DNA from: Cytophagales bacterium
GTDB taxonomy: Bacteria > Bacteroidota > Bacteroidia > Cytophagales > Cyclobacteriaceae
Assembly (NCBI GenBank): GCA_003454975.1
Contig: DMST01000116.1
Span: 26,659-90,658 of the forward strand
Length of the DNA: 64,000 nt
Direction: 5' to 3'
Positions within the stretch are counted from its first letter, which is position 1, and each line of letters begins with the position of its first letter. The notes under the pieces are model-generated. The model worked only from the letters and a program-made list of their open reading frames with translations, was not told the DNA's origin and did not search any database. The position numbers and the translations under genes are program-made. Below are positions 26,201 to 32,768 of this stretch, piece by piece.

Positions 26201-28923
26201 ACGCTGTCAATCAAGTTCACCGTGCTTTGCACCGTGGTTTGATTTCCGTTTGCATCCGTAACGGTGATGTCTACTGAGTTCGAAAATGGGTCGCTGCAAG
26301 TGAATGTGGTGTCAGATACAGAGATAGATGCCACGGAGCAATTGTCCGAAACTCCGGTGTACAAATCCGATTCGGATACAGTAACAGAACCGTTGGCACC
26401 CAAATACACATCCAGAGTAACAGCAGTCACCGAAGGCTTCACAGAGTCAACTACAATCACATTGACTGAAGTAGAGGACTGATTGCCAGATGGATCGGTA
26501 ACCGTGAAGGTAACAGGTACCGTGCCTACATCCGAACAAGTAAATGCTGTCTGCGAAGCAGCGTAAGAAGCAATGCTACAATTGTCGGAGCTACCGTTGT
26601 CTAAATCTACGGCAGCGAGGGAAGCTGATCCTTGACTATCCAAATACAGCGTGAGGTTGTTACGTGCTGCCAGAGTAGGCGATGTAGAATCTACCACGGT
26701 AATGGTGGCGTTGGCACTGCTCTGATTACCTGACCCGTCAGATACCGTAAGAGTTATTAGGTTAGCTCCTGTATCTGAACACCCGAAGAGGCTGTCCGAG
26801 AGGAAGTAGCTCAACGATGAACAGTTGTCTGAACTGCCGTTATCCACGTCTGCATAAGAAACACTAGCAGAACCCGAACCGTCCAAATACACCGTGATAT
26901 CTTGTGCCATGGCGGTTGGAGCTACTGAATCAATTACAGTTACAGTAGCGGTCTCGCTAATACTATTTCCGTTAGAATCGGTAAAGGTAATTACGTTTGC
27001 TCCCACATTTGAACAGTCGAATGTGGTATCAGAAGCAACTAGAGATCCCGAGGCACAGTTGTCGGAATAGCCAGTATACAGATCAGTAGAACTTACTGTG
27101 GTAGAACCCGAACCGTCCAAATATACCGTAACGTCCACAGGGGTTACGGATGGAGAAATAGTATCCAATACGGTTACTGTAATAAAGGCCGTATCGTAGT
27201 TTCCAGAGGGGTCGTAGCCAAAGAAGCCTACCTCATTAGCACCCAAATCATTACAGTCAAAAGTGTCTTGGGTAAAGCCTTCTAAGGTGATGCCGCAGTT
27301 GTCAGTAGATGTACCGTTGTTAGCGTCGCTTATCGTGATGGTTTCGGCATTTCCACTGGCATCTAAATATATGGTAAGGTTGCGACCACCTACCGTAGGA
27401 GGAAGGGTATCCAGCACCGTTACTACCGCAATGGCTGTACCTGTGTTACCAGCTGCATCCGTTACGGTGAGGGTTACGTTGTTATCCCCAATATCACCAC
27501 AATCAAAGTTGGATTTGGATATGGTGGTGCTGACAACACCAATATTATCGGTGCTGCCGCCTTCTACCATAGCAACGGTCAACTTATCATCGCCTACGTT
27601 GTCCAGATACAAGGTTACATTATTGGCTACGGCAACAGGATCTTCCAGATCGTCGATATCAAAGGCTTGGAAGAAAATGCCATAGTCATCACCTTCTTGG
27701 GTAGAGGAATTACCATTTTCTCCACTTTGCCAAGCCACGTACATTTTGCCAATGTCGGCGCTCATGGCGACTGCTGGCAAGGTCTGGAAGTCCTGCTCGT
27801 AGGTGTTTACCTGTGTTTGGTTTTCCTTCGCACTGCCCTCAGCGTTGTAGCTCTGCATGAACACACCCGCTTGATCGTCGTCAATGCCCCAGCTAGTCCA
27901 CACAATAGTAAAGTTACCGCCACTTGACATGGCAATGTCTGGGTGTAGTTGATTGTCGGATGTAGTACTGTTAACCTTGAAGTTGCTGCCGTTGCTAGAA
28001 CCATCAGCGTTGTATCTCTGTGCGTAGATACCGTATCCAGATCCATCACGGCTGTAGTCAGACCAAGTTACAACAAAATTAGCGCTGCCGTCCATGGCTA
28101 CGCTGGGCTCCTGCTGATTACCAGAAGTGTTGCTACTTACCCGAAACTCATTGGTATCCTGGGCCACACCCGAAGCATTGTAGCGCCGGCCGTATACTCC
28201 GGTACCGTCTCCGTCCTGTGCGGTGCTTTGCCATACCACAATGAAATTACCCGTAGCATCCATCGCTACATCAGGGTAGGTCTGCAGGCTGTCGGTAGTG
28301 GTATTGATCAGGAACTCCGAACCGTTGACAACCCCAGCCGAACTGTACATCTGGCCGCGAATATCGCCGTCACTTTCCCAAACAATCACGTAGCTACCAC
28401 TAGAAGACATGGCAACGGAGGGAAACCGCTGATTACCTGTGGTAGTGGTGTTAACCTCTCGTTCGGTATTAACGGTGGTACCATTGAGGTTTTTGTAGCT
28501 ATGACGAATATTAAAACCGTCGGTATCAGAACCTTCTCCGTCGGCGCTCATCCATGCGACTACATAATCCTGATCGTCATTCATTGCCACATCTGCATAC
28601 AGCTGAGACCCGCCAGTGTATGTAGTATTAAGCAAGCTTTCAGAAAGTAGGGTAGAACCCGAGGAGTTTTGACTTTCAATGTAAATGCCCGAACCGTCAG
28701 TATCGGCTATTTTGGAGTTAGAAGTCCAAACTGCCACCCAATCACCATCAGAGTTAGTAGCGATGCTAGGCCAGTTTTGTACACCGGTAGTATCGCTAGA
28801 GTTAATTTGTGTTTCCGAACCGCTGGTGCTGATTTGTGCCAGGCCGGGGGCAGTGAGGCCTAGCGTTAAAAGCAGCACCATCCCTAAGAGGGGAGGCTTG
28901 ATTAGTAGGTTTTGCTTTCGCAT
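23254..28923 (-). CDS. Giant secreted adhesin-like protein: 7 propeller-like repeats, 9 Ig-like repeats, 3 LamG domains and a T9SS type-A C-terminal sorting domain
   Basis: 1889 aa with a signal peptide ending ...APGLAQ. There are seven copies of Q-x-x-P-x-[VI]A[MT]...[FWY]V[VI]xW, nine ~78-aa modules (xxTVYLDxxGSxxxxxxDxDNGSSDNC...TxTVTDxSGN...VTVxD), and three FDGxDDY...W[ST]H...IDE[VI] LamG units. The C-terminal AVYPNPNQGSFTL...GVYFLSI...IVIR (23257-23487) is a T9SS CTD. Confidence 0.9.
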   Translation of the reverse strand: MRKQNLLIKPPLLGMVLLLTLGLTAPGLAQISTSGSETQINSSDTTGVQNWPSIATNSDGDWVAVWTSNSKIADTDGSGIYIESQNSSGSTLLSESLLNTTYTGGSQLYADVAMNDDQDYVVAWMSADGEGSDTDGFNIRHSYKNLNGTTVNTEREVNTTTTGNQRFPSVAMSSSGSYVIVWESDGDIRGQMYSSAGVVNGSEFLINTTTDSLQTYPDVAMDATGNFIVVWQSTAQDGDGTGVYGRRYNASGVAQDTNEFRVSSNTSGNQQEPSVAMDGSANFVVTWSDYSRDGSGYGIYAQRYNADGSSNGSNFKVNSTTSDNQLHPDIAMSSGGNFTIVWTSWGIDDDQAGVFMQSYNAEGSAKENQTQVNTYEQDFQTLPAVAMSADIGKMYVAWQSGENGNSSTQEGDDYGIFFQAFDIDDLEDPVAVANNVTLYLDNVGDDKLTVAMVEGGSTDNIGVVSTTISKSNFDCGDIGDNNVTLTVTDAAGNTGTAIAVVTVLDTLPPTVGGRNLTIYLDASGNAETITISDANNGTSTDNCGITLEGFTQDTFDCNDLGANEVGFFGYDPSGNYDTAFITVTVLDTISPSVTPVDVTVYLDGSGSTTVSSTDLYTGYSDNCASGSLVASDTTFDCSNVGANVITFTDSNGNSISETATVTVIDSVAPTAMAQDITVYLDGSGSASVSYADVDNGSSDNCSSLSYFLSDSLFGCSDTGANLITLTVSDGSGNQSSANATITVVDSTSPTLAARNNLTLYLDSQGSASLAAVDLDNGSSDNCSIASYAASQTAFTCSDVGTVPVTFTVTDPSGNQSSTSVNVIVVDSVKPSVTAVTLDVYLGANGSVTVSESDLYTGVSDNCSVASISVSDTTFTCSDPFSNSVDITVTDANGNQTTVQSTVNLIDSVAPTVIGQDLTVYLDAAGSVTITEGDIDNGSSDNCNLTLELSQYTFTCSNLGANSVTLSGFDDFENEGSTTVTVTVIDSIAPTLSVQNATLYLDGNGSASLSFADIDNSSFDNCSFTEVLDRTSFGCSDIGSLRMGVTITDPSGNSATDSVTITVVDSVAPTVVTQNVTITLDASGSASLTAEAVDNGSSDNCGIASMVLSQTSFACSDIGTITVTLTVTDSSGNVSTGTASVTVDGGVNFTGPEDCDLSQLIVDLGLDACSGDIATNDVTDGTDGTVSGADWRGGYINQGLDFDGVDDYISLGTDSSLAFTSSFSVAMWLKTSSNAKQWLILRNQDGSNSSWMIRLNGGIVEVFMGGLQEIGPYKSTGASIADGPWHHVTVTYGNDLVTIFIDGVQNSQLAVPAGSLNTNFGQPVWIGSSNGANAQAFDGMIDEVQIYAAALEANQASYLASFEEAPVACPADETSIMASFDMDDCASTTLTNGADDTTVGVISGDTYVSSGYNNQAVWFDGVDDYTNLNDSAYTLGEGDALSYSFWVYPTKSNGNNEVLLYRSEAGISNVIVLNSLLPRVYLGGLSNPGYFDANTSLSVDTWSHIGVTYEEGTLTIYINGVADRTVTNLSGNINFTASGSHYIGARPDGNRPFKGAIDEIRIFNEALESQTMASEVSRISNSPAECPDDILGAWLFDDCASGTAVDSLGLNDGTIVGATRGAGYDGAGMVFDGANDYVNIGSASAFELSNEFTIAMWVNTSQSTKYAVLMAKNRDGSSFSYQVMVNNGQPVISLAGTSNVGPHQMASNIATGTWTHIAWRLQDGTLTGFVNGIPVYTATVNGSLNANSGTALWLGGRNDKTDRFFSGTLDEVKMWSNGLDNSEIAALAGETQNSSDCSSEKNDLSDSFASDLDLAVYPNPNQGSFTLQWSSTPTEDVTIELTNSLGQTVYRHEGTIAGNHEITVNDPSPGVYFLSIMEGEKRFAERIVIR
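25500..27640 (-). repeat. Nine tandem ~78-aa Ig-like modules with a DN(G/S)S(S/T)DNC motif (protein-level repeats)
   Basis: The repeat starts are VAVANNVTLYLD, PTVGGRNLTIYLD, PSVTPVDVTVYLD, PTAMAQDITVYLD, PTLAARNNLTLYLD, PSVTAVTLDVYLG, PTVIGQDLTVYLD, PTLSVQNATLYLD and PTVVTQNVTITLD. Confidence 0.85.
27660..28800 (-). repeat. Seven ~55-aa repeats, predicted beta-propeller-like
   Basis: The repeats are VQNWPSIATNSDGDWVAVWTS, SQLYADVAMNDDQDYVVAWMS, NQRFPSVAMSSSGSYVIVWES, LQTYPDVAMDATGNFIVVWQS, NQQEPSVAMDGSANFVVTWSD, NQLHPDIAMSSGGNFTIVWTS and FQTLPAVAMSADIGKMYVAWQS. Confidence 0.75.
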
Positions 28924-28929
28924 GGGTGG

Positions 28930-30720
28930 TTATTCTTTAGAAGCTGAAACAGTGGTAGCAGCATCGTTTTGTGGACCCGCTTGGGCTTCCAGCATATTGA
29001 TGCGTTGCTCCATTCGTTGCAAGCTGGCTTCATATTGGTTAAGCAGCTCACCTTGTTGTGCAATATAATCAGTTTGCAGTTGGTTTTCGGCACTCAGTTC
29101 CTGAATCGCTTTCACCAAAGGCACCACAAATTCTGCGTAGCGGATACCCCACATGCTTTGGTTCTCGTCCTCGGGTACTTGTACCCCGCTGAAGTCGTAT
29201 CCTAGTGCATCGGCGGCCGCCTTTACTTCTTGGGCGATGAACCCGGTGTAGCGCATCTCGCTCTTCTCAGCAGTAGCCTCGTCCATGCCGCTCTGGCCCA
29301 GCTTGGCTTTCATGCTGTACACGTCATAGTTGTAGGTTACCGGACGCAGAGTGTTCACGAAAGTCAATCCAGGAACATCCTCAGCAATGTTTTGCTTCAT
29401 CCGGCCGTCAGAAGTAGCCGTCCAGTTTACCGTACCGCCTACGCTGGTGGTAGTAGCGTTACCTACAAATACCGTATTCTCCGTGCTTACCGATGCTTGG
29501 TAACCAATCGCGATGGAGTTAGAGGCAGTAGCCGTAGCTTCTTTACCGATCACTACTGAGTTATCAGCGGATACCGAAGTAGTTGCTCCGATGGCAACTG
29601 CGCCCGTGTTGTTGATCACAACGTCACTACCGATACCTACCGCGTAGCTCTGATCGATGTCCGCATCTTTACCGATACCAATCGAGTAATCGGCCGCTGC
29701 TTCCACATCGTGGCTGTGGCCTAAGGCTACCACGTAGTTACCGCGGTTATCACTCTCGTTACCTACCATGATAGAGTACTGTCCATCGTTGTAGGTAAGG
29801 TAACCCATCATGATCACGTCGTTGGTAGAAGGCGTAGCTTGAGAACCGATGAAAATGGTACGGCTGCGGGTGGTATTGTCAAAGTCAGCATAGGCACCCA
29901 TCCCGACGTTGTCTTCGCCCTCTCGGTTGGTAAACCCGGCTTCGTAGCCGACGTAGGTATTTCGGTTGGCGTTACTGGTACTGTTGGTTCGGTTATTATC
30001 CCATCCGGATCGAGCCCCGACAAAGGTGTTGAAGTCGGCGTGCTCGGTGGCTACCCCGGAGGCGGCACCTACCATCACGTTCCAACGTCCGGCGTCCACA
30101 TCAATACCTGCGGAGTCACCCAATGCGGTGTTGTGGTCACCGTCCCCGTAGTCAGAAAGGGCCTCGTCACCAATACCGGTGTTCCGGTATCCGGTTTCGC
30201 CGGAGATACCTGCTTCGTTACCCACCATAGTGTTTTTGTACCCGGTGGTGTTTTGCTGCCCGGCGTCCTCACCCACGAAGGTGTTCTCATACCCTGTGGT
30301 GTTGGCCGTACCGGATTCTTCACCCATGAAGGTGTTATCGTAACCGGTGGTGTTGTTTTCTCCGGATTCAGCACCGAAGAAGGTGTTGTCACCCCCGGTG
30401 GTGTTGCTCTTACCAGCTTCCATACCGATGAAGGTGTTGTCAAACCCGGTAGTGTTGGTATATCCGGCCATGTATCCGATGAATACGGACTCGGATGTGG
30501 TGTTGTAGCGACCGGCACGGTATCCTACGAATACGGTGTAGTGGCCGGAAGTGAGAGCAGAACCGGTAGAGTCACCGTACATGGTGTTGTAGTCTCCCGA
30601 GGAGATGCTCACCCCGGATCCGGTACCTTGAGTTTCGTTGAGTGTTTGTGCGTGAGATACGCCCAACGTGGTCAGAAGTGTGAAGGCTCCAAAACTGACG
30701 ATGCGTAGCAGTGTTTTCAT
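28930..30720 (-). CDS. Secreted tail-fibre-like protein: signal peptide, 14-residue beta-helix repeats, peptidase S74 (intramolecular chaperone) domain and a coiled-coil tail
   Basis: 596 aa. Signal peptide MKTLLRIVSFGAFTLLTTLGVSHAQ. Contains about 12 repeats of NTTGxxNTFxGxxAG. TSDGRMKQNIAEDVPGLTFVNTLRPVTYNY...GFIAQEVKAAADALGYDFSGV matches the endosialidase-chaperone (S74) signature at about 29080-15. The stop lies 6 nt before the adhesin start. Confidence 0.9.
   Translation of the reverse strand: MKTLLRIVSFGAFTLLTTLGVSHAQTLNETQGTGSGVSISSGDYNTMYGDSTGSALTSGHYTVFVGYRAGRYNTTSESVFIGYMAGYTNTTGFDNTFIGMEAGKSNTTGGDNTFFGAESGENNTTGYDNTFMGEESGTANTTGYENTFVGEDAGQQNTTGYKNTMVGNEAGISGETGYRNTGIGDEALSDYGDGDHNTALGDSAGIDVDAGRWNVMVGAASGVATEHADFNTFVGARSGWDNNRTNSTSNANRNTYVGYEAGFTNREGEDNVGMGAYADFDNTTRSRTIFIGSQATPSTNDVIMMGYLTYNDGQYSIMVGNESDNRGNYVVALGHSHDVEAAADYSIGIGKDADIDQSYAVGIGSDVVINNTGAVAIGATTSVSADNSVVIGKEATATASNSIAIGYQASVSTENTVFVGNATTTSVGGTVNWTATSDGRMKQNIAEDVPGLTFVNTLRPVTYNYDVYSMKAKLGQSGMDEATAEKSEMRYTGFIAQEVKAAADALGYDFSGVQVPEDENQSMWGIRYAEFVVPLVKAIQELSAENQLQTDYIAQQGELLNQYEASLQRMEQRINMLEAQAGPQNDAATTVSASKE
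30075..30600 (-). repeat. 42-nt (14-aa) periodic repeats encoding [NT]T[TS]Gxx[NT]xFxGxxAG
   Basis: The periodicity is visible in ...YNTTSESVFIGYMAGYTNTTGFDNTFIGMEAGKSNTTGGDNTFFGAESGENNTTGYDNTFMGEESGTANTTGYENTFVGEDAGQQNTTGYKNTMVGNEAG.... The repeats also generate long spurious ORFs in other frames and on the other strand. Confidence 0.85.
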
Positions 30721-31272
30721 TATGACTCAGATTGGTTAAATACGCTTGAATTAATGTTTGAGAATAAAAGACAGACCACCGGAGCCCTGCAATTCTGCAG
30801 GTCTATAGCAGCCCAATTTCCTATAGTAAAGATGCTAAAAAGACTTTAGACAATGGCTAATACTGGTAGGGACAAGAGGGTGACAGCGGGGTATTACTTA
30901 TACCAGGTGCTTTATTTTTCTACCAGTGGGAAAACCTTAAGGCTCTTAGCATTTGAACATCTGGTGTTGAAACACCGACGATCATTCATAATAATGTACT
31001 GATTTTATGGGGTAAGTATAGCACAGTGAGTGTCAACAAAGCGTTACTTACCACCACTCTTTCGATCAACTCCCCAAGACTGGGGTTGAAATTTCCAATT
31101 GTCCCCCTATTGTCTCTGGTGAGGTAAGTTGGGGTAGAAAAGAATGTCAGACCTTTGAATTGAGATAAAGAGTCACTTGATTAAGGTTTATAAAAAACCG
31201 TGCGTAGCAGCAACGGTACTATGACTACCTCAAAAATCCTCTGGTTGATAGCTGGAGGTTTTTTTATAGAAA

Positions 31273-31307
31273 AGAGCCGGAAGTTTCCTTGAGAAGCATC
31301 CGGCTCT
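31273..31307 (-). terminator. Hairpin terminator candidate after the lipoprotein gene
   Basis: A 9-bp stem, AGAGCCGGA (31273-31281) pairing with TCCGGCTCT (31299-31307). On the - strand it is followed by TTTCTAT. Confidence 0.55.
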
Positions 31308-31334
31308 TACTGTTGTTAATAAGTGGAGTGCTTA

Positions 31335-32096
31335 TTACATCACATTAAAAAGAGGCTCAAAGATATCTTCCCCTAGCAACTCCTCTACCGAATCTGCAGA
31401 CTTCACATTGTCTAAGGTCATGCCCATGAGACCTGACTTATGTTCGGTGGAAACCCGAGCACCTGTATGTAGGGTGGTCCAGCCGTCCCACGGCACTTGA
31501 ATGCCTCCTAAGGGTAGAACTTGTACCCACATACGCCAGTCGGTGGGTTGGCCATCCTCGTTTACGTACCATAGATAGCTGTCGCCAGGGGTGACACCCC
31601 CTGTATTATACGTTACTAATAGGCCATCTTGAGGCCCCTCCAAGGGGACATACTTGCGTGTAACACCCTCCTCATATAGTTTCACTAGCGGGTTGAACCA
31701 GAAGGTATCATTACAATAAAATTCCCAAGCTGAGGTTAACGCTTCGGAGGCTTCTTCACCGGTAACTAGTTTACCCTCTTTCCACACCTTACCGTCCTGC
31801 GTCTGTAGGTCCATGAGTACTTTGGTGTCTTTCCAGGTGACTTGTGCCAAACTACGGTGCTTATCCCATACGTATTGGTGCACGCCCATAAAGTTGAATT
31901 GTACCACCGGGGTGGCCTCCCAGGCATCAAGCTTTACATACTGGCTGATTTTTTCTGCCAATTCCTCGGCCTTGGGCCCTTCAACCCCCTCGGGAATTGG
32001 GCGATCTAAAGCCGCACATCCGGCTACAGCGGCTATAATTAAGGTGAGAAATATATATCCGCTGATACGAAGCACCTTACGAGCTCTACTTTTCAT
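31335..32096 (-). CDS. Hypothetical lipoprotein
   Basis: 253 aa. N-terminal ...FLTLIIAAVAGCAALD is a lipobox. No family recognised. Confidence 0.7.
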   Translation of the reverse strand: MKSRARKVLRISGYIFLTLIIAAVAGCAALDRPIPEGVEGPKAEELAEKISQYVKLDAWEATPVVQFNFMGVHQYVWDKHRSLAQVTWKDTKVLMDLQTQDGKVWKEGKLVTGEEASEALTSAWEFYCNDTFWFNPLVKLYEEGVTRKYVPLEGPQDGLLVTYNTGGVTPGDSYLWYVNEDGQPTDWRMWVQVLPLGGIQVPWDGWTTLHTGARVSTEHKSGLMGMTLDNVKSADSVEELLGEDIFEPLFNVM

Positions 32097-32768
32097 AGAC
32101 GAGTACTACAGTTTTGTATAAAGTCGTGTGTGTAAACTACAACGCGGTAGTTTAGTTCATTCTCTAACCGGTTTTTACTCCATTTACTTGTCTTCTTTAC
32201 CTCACAGTATGCCCCTAACCTTTCAAGTATTCGCCCTCGGGGTGAAACGTATGAATAATGTGATTAGCTGGAAGAGGATGCGAACCTTACGCCCGATTTG
32301 GGTTGTGACAGTAAATACGGCCGTGCTTAAGTCCTTTGGGTTTACTATTTGGCTAAAGGTAAATAAGATGCCGCCGGGGCGATTCTGTTCTTAGCTTGGC
32401 GATTGAGCTTATGGTAGCCTAATAGAGCATTATAGAGGGCGTCTTTTTCAAAGGAGCGGCGAGGGGCACGGCTGCCATCGTTTTCGAGTACAGTGGTGTT
32501 TATCAGGTCTACTTTCTTCTTTGGAAATGGGTAGTTATCCGGTATTGACCGTCTGCACCAGATACTATCACTACGTCACCACTAGTGATTCCTGAATTGC
32601 CCTGGGTAAAACCCACCTTGGTATTGGTTGAAGAGAGCGGTCATTAGTAGGCTTGAGAGTAACGTGGGCAACGTTGGAGCTCATGCCGTAAAGGAAATGT
32701 GCAATGGTAAGAATGGCATGGTGAGAATAGGTATATGCCGATAATCATAAGGATATTAGTAAATCTAT

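Noticed and set aside
27949-28650. A 233-aa plus-strand ORF antisense to the N-terminal repeat region of the adhesin. Similar antisense ORFs occur at 25760-26077, 26264-26482, 27263-27685 and 28685-29068.
   Set aside because: They are antisense to a CDS with a clear domain structure, and they have no recognisable motifs or independent signals. They are typical shadow ORFs.
29839-30708. A 289-aa plus-strand ORF, together with the 147-aa ORF 30075-30518 in another frame, lying inside the tail-fibre gene.
   Set aside because: Both lie entirely within the 42-nt periodic repeat region of a well-supported minus-strand CDS. Their translations are low-complexity G/V/T/P strings. Repeats with biased codons suppress stops in alternative frames.
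28930-30720. Interpretation of the tail-fibre-like gene as part of a prophage.
   Set aside because: There are no capsid, portal, terminase, tail-tube, baseplate, lysis or integrase genes in the surrounding ~20 kb. The protein also has a Sec signal peptide and is followed by a T9SS adhesin.
32128-32394. An 88-aa ORF in the gap upstream of the PKD gene, and the 61- and 78-aa minus-strand ORFs at 32644-33001.
   Set aside because: No motifs, odd composition, and overlap with the PKD gene start region. Treated as non-coding.
32510-32640. A minus-strand 43-aa fragment (...VGFTQGNSGITSGDVVIVSGADGQYRIT...) faintly reminiscent of a carboxypeptidase-regulatory-like domain, which could be a pseudogene.
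   Set aside because: It is bounded by stops on both sides, and the continuation needs a frameshift. The similarity is too weak to call without a database search.
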